Source: Candidatus Melainabacteria bacterium 17Bon1m
Lineage (GTDB): Bacteria > Cyanobacteriota > Vampirovibrionia > Obscuribacterales > Obscuribacteraceae
Assembly (NCBI GenBank): GCA_032128875.1
Contig: JAVLKG010000002.1
Span: forward strand, 608,001-672,000
Direction: 5' to 3'
Length of the DNA stretch: 64,000 bases
The notes below the pieces were generated by a model. The model had not been told where the DNA came from and searched no databases. It saw nothing but the letters and a program-made list of their open reading frames with translations. Every line of letters begins with the position of its first letter. Position 1 is the stretch's first letter. The position numbers and the translations under genes are program-made. Below are positions 1 through 9,579 of the stretch, in pieces.

Positions 1-884
1 TGGAAGTGGTCAAAAACTTTTGCTATCTGGTCATGATCCAAACGAATGAGAAATTGCGCTTCGCGAGCGAACAGCTCCATCGCTTTGTCGCGTGCTTTCT
101 CCTCGGTGCCTTCTGGTATCACAGCTTCCTTGACGATAACCATGTCTTTCTCGTTTAGCTGCGCAAGATAGATAGCAGACAATCCGCCGAATGCAAGCTG
201 CTTTACTATCTTGATTCTGCCGTTCTGTAACCTGCGATCTGGTTCTAGCGGCACGAATGCTGTAGCGCTAAACCGTCTGCTCAATTCTTCTTCCCACATC
301 TGGGTGTAGCTGAGTTTGTCTATGCCGAGATTTTCATTCTGCAACTGATCGTGAAATGCGATTAGCTCCGGCGCTCTGCGGCATTGAGCACCCCAAACTT
401 CCAGCGACAAGAGCAAACGTTCTAAATCACTACGCTTCAGACTCTTCAAAGGAATATTAACGTGACCGCCTGAATTGAAATGAAGGTCTAACTTTCCTTG
501 AGGTAGTTTTTCCTTTGATTGGTTTTGCGTATCAGAAATCTGCAAGCGAGCTTCCGATAGATCCGACCAAAGTCTTTCTCTTCGAAATTTGAGCATTGGA
601 AGAAACAGCAAAGGAAACGAAAATCCTTCTTTGCTGACCAGAAGGCGATCATCTTCGCATATTGCCGCGATAACAATGGAGACGAAAGGAATAGCCATTA
701 AAACCGTTAGAACAACCGCAGAAATCAACGGTGGAACGGCTTGGGCTTGCAAAAGCATGGAAATGAAAAATCCCAGGCAAAATGGGACCACGATTGCCCA
801 TAGAGGCATTAGCGCGCCCATGATGAACAAACCTACGCGCTGAGGAGTGCTTTTGTACTCAATTACGACTTCAAGCTCTGACAC
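1..884 (-). CDS. Membrane-anchored Ser/Thr protein kinase (runs off the window start)
   Basis: Manual minus-strand translation from GTG at 884. Two hydrophobic helices, then kinase motifs: KQLAFGGLSAIYLA (Gly-loop), VIVKEAV (catalytic Lys), ELFAREAQFLIRLDHDQIAKVFDHF (alphaC). No stop before base 1, so it is absent from the ORF track. Confidence 0.85.
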   Translation of the reverse strand, partial: MSELEVVIEYKSTPQRVGLFIMGALMPLWAIVVPFCLGFFISMLLQAQAVPPLISAVVLTVLMAIPFVSIVIAAICEDDRLLVSKEGFSFPLLFLPMLKFRRERLWSDLSEARLQISDTQNQSKEKLPQGKLDLHFNSGGHVNIPLKSLKRSDLERLLLSLEVWGAQCRRAPELIAFHDQLQNENLGIDKLSYTQMWEEELSRRFSATAFVPLEPDRRLQNGRIKIVKQLAFGGLSAIYLAQLNEKDMVIVKEAVIPEGTEEKARDKAMELFAREAQFLIRLDHDQIAKVFDHF

Positions 885-990
885 TGAAAACCTGCAGGGA
901 GCTACAAAGACTTTAAACCCAACTATATTCTTCTTATTCTAGCCAAGAGCGAAAAAAAGAAATCGGATTTCGGCAGGTTTTAACGGAAGA

Positions 991-1866
991 TCAGTTCTTT
1001 TCAGGGATTTCACTAGAATCTACAAGTTCGCTGGGTAAGCGTTTGGCAATTGCAAAAACTGCCGGAGGGCAGACTCCTGCCAGCCTCTCGAAAATCTTGC
1101 CCGGATGGGTAAGAATGATTTCCTGGCTGCCGCCCTTTTCCATAGCCCTAACGATCTCTGCTGAGCATTCCTCTGAAGTAATTGAAAGGAAACTGCGCAT
1201 TATGAAGCCTTGCAGATCCTTCTTACTGCCGATGGACGTAGGGTTTTTCAGTTTGGAGACGTTGTTTTTGTCAAAAAACTCGGTGCGTACCCAGCCGGGG
1301 CAAACAGTGATTATGTCGATGTTTTTTGGCGCTAATTCCGCAGCCATTCCTTCGGACATACCGGTGAGCGCGAACTTGCTAGCTGCATAGCAAACGCTGC
1401 CAGGAAAAGAGATCTTTCCGGCTACAGAGCTGATGTTGACTATTTTGCCTCTTCCAGCATTTACGAAGTGCGGTAAAACTCCGTACGTAAGGCGCAGTGG
1501 GGCGAAGAAATTGACAGCAAAAACACGCTCCCAATCCTCGACACGAAGTTTCATTATGGTGCCGGGCTTTGCAAGACCAGCGTTATTAACCAACACGTCG
1601 ACGCCGCCAAAGTGCTCCAGGCAAGAGTTTACGGCTGCATCCGTCACCCACTGTTCGCTGACATCGCCTACTACCTTTATAGCTTTGCCGCCGAATTCTT
1701 CGACCGCCTTGCAGGTGGCTTCTAACTGTTCTTCCGAACGGGCATTGAGGACTAATCTGGCTTGATACTTCCTTGCCAGCTCCAACGCCATGGCTTTTCC
1801 GATACCGGAAGAGGCGCCTGTAATGATGCCTTTGAATTGCCCGCTCAGACCGCGCTTAGATGCCAT
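991..1866 (-). CDS. Short-chain dehydrogenase/reductase (SDR)
   Basis: TGASSGIG NAD(P)-binding motif, NNAG, catalytic YAASK, and VCPGWVRT. Confidence 0.95.
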   Translation of the reverse strand: MASKRGLSGQFKGIITGASSGIGKAMALELARKYQARLVLNARSEEQLEATCKAVEEFGGKAIKVVGDVSEQWVTDAAVNSCLEHFGGVDVLVNNAGLAKPGTIMKLRVEDWERVFAVNFFAPLRLTYGVLPHFVNAGRGKIVNISSVAGKISFPGSVCYAASKFALTGMSEGMAAELAPKNIDIITVCPGWVRTEFFDKNNVSKLKNPTSIGSKKDLQGFIMRSFLSITSEECSAEIVRAMEKGGSQEIILTHPGKIFERLAGVCPPAVFAIAKRLPSELVDSSEIPEKN

Positions 1867-2026
1867 TGCCCTACCTCGTTATACAGACTCTGACTCAGAG
1901 TTGCTGTTCAGTAAAATTCTCGACGCTCAATTATAGAGCGTCTCCATTCTCACAAAGTTTTCACAGGTCGCATTTACGATGAAATTGAGGGGATATGGGT
2001 TTTTGGTGGGTTTCTAACGAACTGTT

Positions 2027-2572
2027 ATGAATAGCGCGCTTCTGTCCGAATGTTTGCGGGAGCTAAGCGCCAAGCTGGATTCGCGGGACATTTTACTGTC
2101 CGACGCTATCCTGAAGGCGCTTAAAATTCTGCGTATTTTTTATAGCAACGAAAAGTTGCAATTCTTCAATCGTGAATTGCTTGGCTATTTGCAGGAGGAA
2201 ATGGCAGATATTGAAGCAAGTAAAAAGCGAAAAGAGGATGGATTAGTTGTTGAAGAACAGCTAGTCGCGTATAGGTATTTGACCGGCTTCTGGGTGGAAG
2301 AGGCAATTCTGAAACGTGGTGTGAAAACCATTGCGTGTTTGCATACTCAGAAAACAACGCTATTCTGCAATTACGGTGTCGGTGAGATCGAACAAGTAAT
2401 GGCAAAATTGCATTGCGATGATCAAAACTATATCGGGATAAAACTGTCCGAGAGTTCCACACGCGTCTTTCTTTGTCGAGCCAGTCAGATTTATCGCTTG
2501 TATAGCTCTATTCGCCATCAGGTGAAACTGAAGATCGACGAATTAGTGATAGAGCTTCAGCTAATTAAGTGA
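2027..2572 (+). CDS. Hypothetical protein, AbiTii-like domain
   Basis: Pattern LLSDAILKALKILR...FFNRELLGY...VAYRYLTG...GVGEIEQ...SQIYRLYSSIR resembles the AbiTii profile (L+dlL+ka...EL.GY...P.YR.v.G...iseie...s.l..il..ir). Recognised by eye. Confidence 0.55.
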   Translation: MNSALLSECLRELSAKLDSRDILLSDAILKALKILRIFYSNEKLQFFNRELLGYLQEEMADIEASKKRKEDGLVVEEQLVAYRYLTGFWVEEAILKRGVKTIACLHTQKTTLFCNYGVGEIEQVMAKLHCDDQNYIGIKLSESSTRVFLCRASQIYRLYSSIRHQVKLKIDELVIELQLIK

Positions 2573-3110
2573 AGTTAGTATCCCGAAATTTCTCAAAGAG
2601 AATTGGGTATTTAGCCTTAAGTTCTTCTGGACCTTCTAGGAGTTGTTTTGCATCAATTTCTGGCGTTTCTCGGTAGATACTAGATATTGCTTCAAGTGCC
2701 GCATCTTCATCCATTCTTTTTTCTAGCGTCTCATGCACTAGGTAAGAAAACGTTTCTCCTGTAATTAGATATTGCGTGCGAGAAAATGATGCGAGATATT
2801 CAGGATCTGAAAGCGTTCGTTCATAAACATCTCGCCCAAAGACAATCAGCGCTCTGCGGAAATCAGAAAAGTCATCATCCCCCATCCCGTTCTGGATGAT
2901 GTATCCAGCGTTCCAAAGATCTGAAACGTAAGAAGCCTGGTAATAGTCTTCAAACTTGTTGGCAAATTGAAGTAGTTCAACATCAGTGAGTTTGTCCAGC
3001 GCCCTTAGGAGTTGGCTTTTGTGCTGTTCAATTGAATATTCTGATTCATGGGGGAGCGAATCTTCGATCAATTTCCAGAACCAATTTTCGTCTCTGATTA
3101 CTTCTTTCAA
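2565..3110 (-). CDS. DUF4240 family protein
   Basis: FWKLIEDS...LWNAGYIIQNGMGDDDFSDFRRALIVFGRDVYE...DPE is the typical DUF4240 pattern. Confidence 0.8.
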   Translation of the reverse strand: MKEVIRDENWFWKLIEDSLPHESEYSIEQHKSQLLRALDKLTDVELLQFANKFEDYYQASYVSDLWNAGYIIQNGMGDDDFSDFRRALIVFGRDVYERTLSDPEYLASFSRTQYLITGETFSYLVHETLEKRMDEDAALEAISSIYRETPEIDAKQLLEGPEELKAKYPILFEKFRDTNFT

Positions 3111-3132
3111 GTCGTTCCCTTTGCCGCAGAGA

Positions 3133-4395
3133 TCACGCTAATAAAATCAACGCTTCGATTCCGTAGAGCGCCATGAGTTCGGAGAATATGGGATTGTAAT
3201 CTTCTTCTTTCAAAACCTCTGTCAATGCGGTAATTGGACGCTTTTCAGAGAGGCGTTTTCTTGTTTCTTCCATTCGCTTTTCACCATATTCGGTGGCGAT
3301 TTGAGTATTTCTTATTTTCCAGCTTCTCAACAAGAAGAGGAGGGCTCTTAAACAGGGAAAAGCAAGAAAGACGCTGACATAGATTAGTTCTTGAGCGTTT
3401 TTGAATCCAAATACTGTCAGCCAGAGAAAGCCTCCAATGAAGATGATCGTTGAGGCCCCGAGTGCGACGAGCGTAAGCGCAATCATCATAGCTTTTCTTG
3501 CTGTCTGGAGAACTCTTAGGCGCCAACTATCTCTGTTCAAAACAATTGCGAGCGTTTCAAATTCTGTGAGATATGGAAGAAATTCTCGCACGGCGAAAAT
3601 TGCGGTGATGAAAAAAGCAGAGATTGCAGCAGAGCCAGTCATTACCGCTGCGGCGAATAGCATTAGTGGAATTCCTGATGCAGTGCCCACTATTGCCAGT
3701 GAAAATAAAAACACGGAAGGAAAGATTGAGATCCCCATAAGCGCAATTTGTGATGCCGCTTTGAGCCTTTGCTCTTCACGTACCAAGTAATTGTTCGCCA
3801 CTAAGTAATCTCTCAACGAAGTGGCAAATGCGTTCTGATAACCAGCAGAAATAAAATCGGCGAGCAACCGCATTACGCCGGCCATCGAGAAATAGCGCTT
3901 CAATTGTCTTGGATCGGCGATGATGTCTTTGACGACAAGCTTGAGAGACTTGGTGATGAAAAGATAGAGGCTATAGATTTTTTTGACAAAACCCACAGGG
4001 TTAGTTTTAAAGTCGGGTGGCAGATATGGATCTGCTTTTTTGATCGCCCACTCTTTTGCAGTTTCTTTTGCAAGAGTCCACATTTTTTTTTCGTACTCTG
4101 CGGGCTCTGGAATTGATGCACCTAATTGCAACTTGGCTGCTCGTTGCAAAAGATCCACGCCCATTACAAGAACCGCATGGTTGGTATCTCCGCCTCTTAG
4201 CATGTAGCCGATTTCGACAGGTCTGAGCTCCGAATTCTGGCTGGTTGCTGACGTTGGAATCAGAGTAGTAGCAGAACTGATCGATGCTCCTTCTTTTTTC
4301 ATTCGCCCTTCGATAGTTGCTGACAGCCAACTGGTCAGCGAAATTACTGCCAAGGAAAATCCGAATGCGTAGAGATAAAGAATGTCGGGCGTCAT
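3133..4395 (-). CDS. Multi-pass membrane protein of unknown function (N-terminus resembles TIGR04222-type LxPxExxYLRGG motif)
   Basis: 420-aa ORF with about 5 hydrophobic segments and the motif LRPVEIGYMLRGG. Confidence 0.6.
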   Translation of the reverse strand: MTPDILYLYAFGFSLAVISLTSWLSATIEGRMKKEGASISSATTLIPTSATSQNSELRPVEIGYMLRGGDTNHAVLVMGVDLLQRAAKLQLGASIPEPAEYEKKMWTLAKETAKEWAIKKADPYLPPDFKTNPVGFVKKIYSLYLFITKSLKLVVKDIIADPRQLKRYFSMAGVMRLLADFISAGYQNAFATSLRDYLVANNYLVREEQRLKAASQIALMGISIFPSVFLFSLAIVGTASGIPLMLFAAAVMTGSAAISAFFITAIFAVREFLPYLTEFETLAIVLNRDSWRLRVLQTARKAMMIALTLVALGASTIIFIGGFLWLTVFGFKNAQELIYVSVFLAFPCLRALLFLLRSWKIRNTQIATEYGEKRMEETRKRLSEKRPITALTEVLKEEDYNPIFSELMALYGIEALILLA

Positions 4396-4500
4396 TTTGG
4401 TAGAGAAAGACGAGTTTTGTCTTTTATACCCTCAGTGTAGACCAGCACAATCCACAGTGGGATCGTGCTGGAGACGACGCTTTGGCGGGAATAAACTTGT

Positions 4501-4920
4501 CTAGCCTGCCATGGTTGCCGGTACATATACCGGTGCCATGGGAGCGACGCGCTTTTGAGCGGCCTTGCGGATGCATTCTGTCAATTCGCTGAGCACTAAT
4601 TTTGGATTGATGTACCCATCGAGATCTTTACCTAGGGCTGACTCCATTGGAGCGATTTCGCTTTCGTGCATTACCAGAATGGATGGATGCGTTGTAGTTG
4701 CCTTGATTTTGGAGGTAATGGCCGGCTGATCTTGGGCCAGCAAGCTGAAGTCGAGAAGGACTACTTCCGGCTGGTGGAAAGTTGTGCATGCAGCGAGTTT
4801 GTCGCCACTGCAAGTGGTGCCCACTACTTCCAAATCTGTATATTGCTCCAACCACAAGAGCAGAGAGACGAGCTTTGCGCCGTCCGGCTGAGCTATGAGC
4901 AGTTTGGTGCGGGGATTCAT
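4501..4920 (-). CDS. Single-domain response regulator receiver (NarL-like REC, partly degenerate)
   Basis: KLLIAQPD...LEVVG...QPEVVLLDFSL (phospho-Asp)...SILVMH...DGYINPK; no output domain. Confidence 0.75.
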   Translation of the reverse strand: MNPRTKLLIAQPDGAKLVSLLLWLEQYTDLEVVGTTCSGDKLAACTTFHQPEVVLLDFSLLAQDQPAITSKIKATTTHPSILVMHESEIAPMESALGKDLDGYINPKLVLSELTECIRKAAQKRVAPMAPVYVPATMAG

Positions 4921-5054
4921 GGTTCACTCCAAGGGGGATGCGCAGGGAAGGGATGGAGAGGAAATACGCAAGGTTCGACCGGGACTTACGAAGTAAGTTC
5001 CCGAGCCGTTCTTAACTAGAACACACGAACGAAAATCTAAAGACAACCTAAATA

Positions 5055-5072
5055 TTGATACAAGTGTATACC
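5055..5072. promoter_or_regulatory. Palindromic operator ATAC-N4-GTAT (copy upstream of the response regulator)
   Basis: ATAC-AAGT-GTAT at 5058-5069. On the minus strand it reads GGTATACACTTGTAT, matching GGTATACATATGTAT upstream of imuA. Confidence 0.5.
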
Positions 5073-5139
5073 TTTATCTAGCGTTTTAGAACATCTAAGT
5101 AGTACCAGCCCATATTGACCCGGAAGTACTCTAGATGCA

Positions 5140-5152
5140 CATACACTCGTAT
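5140..5152. promoter_or_regulatory. Palindromic operator ATAC-N4-GTAT (second copy)
   Basis: CATAC-ACTC-GTAT at 5140-5152, in the same intergenic region. Confidence 0.4.
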
Positions 5153-5204
5153 TTTGACCGAGCTGCCAAGTGAAATTGTAGAGAGAAAGTTAATGCGTTT
5201 TGAA

Positions 5205-6878
5205 TCACGGACGAGCCAGTGATACCGCGCGTTCTGTCGATGTGAAGGGGGCGGATGCGACACTTTGCGTCCTCCACGCACCCTTCTCAAACGTGATGTG
5301 GTGCAGAAAAGCGGAATTGTTAGGAGTGGTGAAATCGGACCGGACATGCCCGCCGCGCGTTTCTTGTCTAAGTGCACAGGCTTTTGCGATTAGCTTTGCA
5401 ACAAGTAGCATGTTGGCCGATTCACGTTCATATCTATCAATGCCTGTTTTGTATATAGATATGGCGTCGAGTTGCTCTTGGAGTTGGGTCAGCCCTTTCG
5501 CTTCGCGCACCAGTCCTGCGCCTTTGTACATCATGGATTTAAGAGCGTGCCTGTTGGTTGGTACGGCAAACGGACGGCAGTGTGCAAACCATGCCTCCGT
5601 GAGCTTGGCATTCTTCTTATATGGAATCGCTTTGAAAGACTGCGAGTTGATGTGCTTGGCGAGGCTCATTGCCATGACGCCAGCTTCAAGAAGTGAATTG
5701 CTCGCCAGTCTGTTGGCTCCGTGAAGTCCGGTCGCGGCGCATTCGCCGAGCGCATAGAGCCCGACTAGACTGGTTTGTCCTTTTGCGTCTGTGGCGATTC
5801 CGCCCATGTAGTAGTGCGCCGCCGGGCAAACTGGAACAAGTTCTTTGGTTGGGTCGACGCCAAGTTTTCGAAGGGTATCGACGATATTGGGAAACTTAGA
5901 TTCAATTTCTTCAGCTGTGCCGATTGTTCTCATATCCAGAAAAACGCTGTCCAGGTTTCTGTTTAGCATTGTTTGATGGATAGCCTTTGCAACAGTGTCA
6001 CGAGTTGCCAGTTCGCCGTCCTTATCGAAGTCGAATGCAAAACGCTGATTGCGATCATCGACAAGTATCGCGCCCTGTCCTCTGACTGCCTCAGATACCA
6101 GAAAAGCTGGTTGGCCTTCTTTGCAAAATGCTGTTGGATGAAATTGAACAAACTCTAAGTCGGAGAGCTTTGCGCCGGCTCGAGCGGCCAGAGCGATACC
6201 ATCCCCGGTGGCAATGGAAGGGTTAGTCGTGCGCGTAAAAATTTGTCCTGCTCCGCCGGTCGCCAGAACAATATCTGTAGCTGCGACAGAGACGACGCCT
6301 TGATCTGTGAGGATAAGTGCTCCGGTCGCTACGCGAGGCGCAAGTGGCGTTGCCTGGAAGTGAAGGATATCGAGGGCGAAGGCGTCTTCTAAAATGACAG
6401 GTCGATTGAGATCGTGCTCGTCTGCTGCCCTAGCCTTAATTGCGGCGGCAAGACCTTCAGCGATTGTCTTTCCAGTAGTGTCTTTTGAATGCAAAACTCG
6501 GGCGCTGGTGTGTCCGCCTTCCAAGTGCAAAGATGGCGCGCCAGTTGATGTCTTGTCGAAGTGAACACCAAGACTCGAAAGTTTTTCGACGAGTGCCGCG
6601 CCGCCGTTGATTATTTGCTCGGCGACTGCGGCATCTGTGAGACCAGCTCCAGACTTGAGCGTGTCCTTCAGGTGCGCTTGTCGTGAATCTGTGACACTGT
6701 CTTTGAGAACAGCTGCCAGACCGCCTTGCGCGTAACGAGTATTTGATTCAAGAAGCTTGCCTTTGGTGGCGATGAGCACTCTTCTGCCCGCTGCAACGAG
6801 TTCGTTAGCGAGCAAGAGGCCGGCTAGTCCTGAGCCGATAATGACGGCGTCAACTTTTATTGTCTTGAGTTCAGGCAT
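5205..6878 (-). CDS. nadB: L-aspartate oxidase
   Basis: GSGLAG FAD motif, SNTRYAQGG, EGGHT..RVLH, EFVQFHPT, SEAVRG, HYYMGG, GLHGANRLASNSLLE, ETRGGH.R; adjacent to nadA. Confidence 0.97.
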   Translation of the reverse strand: MPELKTIKVDAVIIGSGLAGLLLANELVAAGRRVLIATKGKLLESNTRYAQGGLAAVLKDSVTDSRQAHLKDTLKSGAGLTDAAVAEQIINGGAALVEKLSSLGVHFDKTSTGAPSLHLEGGHTSARVLHSKDTTGKTIAEGLAAAIKARAADEHDLNRPVILEDAFALDILHFQATPLAPRVATGALILTDQGVVSVAATDIVLATGGAGQIFTRTTNPSIATGDGIALAARAGAKLSDLEFVQFHPTAFCKEGQPAFLVSEAVRGQGAILVDDRNQRFAFDFDKDGELATRDTVAKAIHQTMLNRNLDSVFLDMRTIGTAEEIESKFPNIVDTLRKLGVDPTKELVPVCPAAHYYMGGIATDAKGQTSLVGLYALGECAATGLHGANRLASNSLLEAGVMAMSLAKHINSQSFKAIPYKKNAKLTEAWFAHCRPFAVPTNRHALKSMMYKGAGLVREAKGLTQLQEQLDAISIYKTGIDRYERESANMLLVAKLIAKACALRQETRGGHVRSDFTTPNNSAFLHHITFEKGAWRTQSVASAPFTSTERAVSLARP

Positions 6879-6956
6879 ATGCGTACTCCTTGTACTTGCC
6901 TGTTTGTATAAAAACGTGCGGTTTCGGAATGTTGGAAAGCCTTTCGGCGTTTTCTA

Positions 6957-7940
6957 TTACCCGATCGCCACCATTCTCTCGATTGATAGTCGCGCTTTTG
7001 CGGCTACATCTTCACGAACAGTTACTTGGAACTGGTCGTTGACGAGCGCTGCATGCAGTTTTTCAAGAGTGATCATCTTCATGAACTGACAACTCATTTC
7101 GTCAGCAATCGGAATGAATTCTTTGTCCGGATTTTCTTTTTTCAGCCGGTGCAGAATGCCTTCCTCAGTAGCCACTACGAATTGCTTGGCCGGCGACTGG
7201 CAGGCTCTCGTGATCATGCCTTCTGTCGAAGCGACTTTGAGTTGGTCGCCTTTGTCCTGTCTCGATACTCGATCCAGATATGGTGTCAGGCAGCCGCATT
7301 CGGGGTGAACGAGGAGCTCAGCTTCCGGGTAGGCTTTCATTTTTTCGTCAATAGAGCGAGTGGGAATCGCTGCGTGCACATGGCATTCGCCCATCCAGAT
7401 GTGCATATTCTCGCGACCCGTCATGCGTTTAACCCATGAGCCGAGGAAAACATCCGGTAAAAATAGAATTTCTTTGTCCTTGTCGATCGAATTGACGACT
7501 TGCAGCGCATTGCCGGAAGTGCAGCAATAATCCGACTCCGCTTTTATAGCGGCGGTGGTATTGACGTAAGAGACGACGACTGCGCCTGGGTGCTCTGCTT
7601 TCCATTTGAGCAGTCCATCCAGCGTCACTGAGGCTGCTAGCGAGCAACCTGCTTCCAAATCCGGAATGAGGACGCGCTTATTTGGACACAGAATGGCAGC
7701 TGTTTCCGCCATAAAATGTACGCCGCAGAACACAATCATGTCGCTTTTCGTTGCAGCGGCCTGTCGCGATAGACCAAGCGAATCACCGACGAAATCGGCG
7801 ATGTCCTGAATGATCGGGATCTGATAGTTGTGGGCAAGAATCACCGCGTTGCGCTTCTTTCTGAGCTCGTTGATCTCTTGAATGAGTTGTTGATTGCGCT
7901 TTGAGCTGGTGAGTTCTACGTTGTTCATTGTCGTTGTCAT
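6957..7940 (-). CDS. nadA: Quinolinate synthase
   Basis: ILAHNYQ, GDSL, FCGVHFMAE, AGCSLA, YVNT, C.VH, HPEC, ASTEGM, C..MK..TLE motifs. Confidence 0.98.
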   Translation of the reverse strand: MTTTMNNVELTSSKRNQQLIQEINELRKKRNAVILAHNYQIPIIQDIADFVGDSLGLSRQAAATKSDMIVFCGVHFMAETAAILCPNKRVLIPDLEAGCSLAASVTLDGLLKWKAEHPGAVVVSYVNTTAAIKAESDYCCTSGNALQVVNSIDKDKEILFLPDVFLGSWVKRMTGRENMHIWMGECHVHAAIPTRSIDEKMKAYPEAELLVHPECGCLTPYLDRVSRQDKGDQLKVASTEGMITRACQSPAKQFVVATEEGILHRLKKENPDKEFIPIADEMSCQFMKMITLEKLHAALVNDQFQVTVREDVAAKARLSIERMVAIG

Positions 7941-8893
7941 ATGCCTATCTCAACCTCGAGGCTGATGTCTATTGATTTGACCGAGTGGGTCAAGCTGCCG
8001 ACAGATATGAAGTCGACACCTGCAATTAAGTAGCGGTCTAAAGTGTCCAGAGTGATACCTCCGGAAACTTCGATCTGTGCACGCTTTTGAATTAGTTCTA
8101 CACAGCGGACGATTTCAGCAGGGGGCATATTGTCGAGCATGATGATGTCGCAAGAGCTGTCCAGTGCTTCTTGGACTTCCGAAAGAGTGGTGGTTTCTAC
8201 TTCGATTCGCTTTCCTTTGTATAGGGAGCGTGCTGCTGCAACGGCTTGAGAGATGCCGCCGGCGCAGGCAATGTGATTGTCTTTGATCAAAATCTGGTCA
8301 TAAAGTCCGATGCGATGGTTGGTGCCGCCGCCGAGCCGCACGGCCAATTTGTCGAAAACACGCAGGCCTGGGACTGTCTTGCGAGTATCAAGAATTTGAA
8401 TGCCAAACGGTTTTGCCTTTTGGCTGTAGAGGCGGGCGGTGGTGGCTATGCCGCACATTCGTTGCATGAGATTGAGCGCCGTGCGCTCGGCTGTCAGGAT
8501 TGAGCGCGCGTTGCCGTTTATTGTCGCGACCGTGAGGGGAGAGTCTTCGATAAAAGTGCCTTCGCTGACCAGGGCAGTGAATTGGAGCGTAGGATCGACT
8601 GTTTTGAACACCAAATCTGCGACCGCCAGCCCGCAAATGACAGCATGGTCCTCTTTGACGATGAGAGTCGCCGTCGCAGTCTTGTCGGCAGGAATTGTCG
8701 AAGTCGAGGTGACATCGCCTTCTTGTCCGAGATCTTCGAGCAGAGCGAAGTCGATTGCTCTTTGGGCCAATTCTAGCGAGTAAAAGCTGGCGTCCGTTGC
8801 TGGCTTGGAAGGGTTGGTTTGGGCATCCCTCGGATTGGAGTGGAGCTCAGTCTGCAGCTTGTCTTGAATAGTAGTGGTGGCGGAAACGGTCAT
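7937..8893 (-). CDS. nadC: Nicotinate-nucleotide pyrophosphorylase (carboxylating)
   Basis: EDLG..GDVT, AERTALN, DTRKT.PG.R, NHR.GL.D.ILIKDNH, MLDN, SGGI, ISVG.LTHS; 4-bp overlap with nadA. Confidence 0.98.
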   Translation of the reverse strand: MTVSATTTIQDKLQTELHSNPRDAQTNPSKPATDASFYSLELAQRAIDFALLEDLGQEGDVTSTSTIPADKTATATLIVKEDHAVICGLAVADLVFKTVDPTLQFTALVSEGTFIEDSPLTVATINGNARSILTAERTALNLMQRMCGIATTARLYSQKAKPFGIQILDTRKTVPGLRVFDKLAVRLGGGTNHRIGLYDQILIKDNHIACAGGISQAVAAARSLYKGKRIEVETTTLSEVQEALDSSCDIIMLDNMPPAEIVRCVELIQKRAQIEVSGGITLDTLDRYLIAGVDFISVGSLTHSVKSIDISLEVEIGI

Positions 8894-9297
8894 TTTGTGG
8901 CTCTTTTGGGGATTTGTGACTTGGTTACGATTTCTTAATCGTTCAAGTAATTGTTAATTCTACGTTGTACCATTTATCTCTTGATTTGTCTATATATATT
9001 CTAGCGCTTGTGGATATTCTGCAATGATTGCCAAGTTTCAATGGTTTCGGGCTTTTGCTACTTCTGACGCGAACCTGTATCAAATGTTCCACTCACAGCA
9101 ACTGGAATAACAAGTAAGCGTGATAATAACGTTTGCTGCGTCTTCATTGGGAGAATAGCCATCCTTAAACCCACAAAACACGCAGTATTTAGGTGATTAG
9201 AAAGTAATATTGGCAGTAATATATGAGTGGGCTGGCAACGCGGGACTGTGCCAGCAGCGTTTCTAAATCTTTCTGCGACTCAATGTGGGGACGTTGC

Positions 9298-9579
9298 GTG
9301 AGTAAGGCGCTTAATTTCTATTTTTTCGCAGCTGCCACGGCAGTGGCTGCTGCTCTGCTTCTAGGCAGTTATGCCCTGGCGGAGTCAGACGTTTATTTCA
9401 ACTTGAAGCGCACCAGAGACGCACTTTTGGCTCAGCGCCAGGAATTGCTTAACGCACAACAGGCTGTTCAACAGCAGATGGGCGAGCTGCAAAAACGCAA
9501 TGATCGTATCGATGCTTATCTTCGTGATAATGACAATTCCCTCCGTGACGTGGAAGGGGCCCTTCGTACAACCAAGTAG
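9298..9579 (+). CDS. Small secreted coiled-coil hypothetical protein
   Basis: Signal-peptide-like hydrophobic segment ending ALA, then a Gln/Leu-rich heptad helix. GTG start at 9298 is preferred over 9223. Confidence 0.6.
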   Translation: MSKALNFYFFAAATAVAAALLLGSYALAESDVYFNLKRTRDALLAQRQELLNAQQAVQQQMGELQKRNDRIDAYLRDNDNSLRDVEGALRTTK

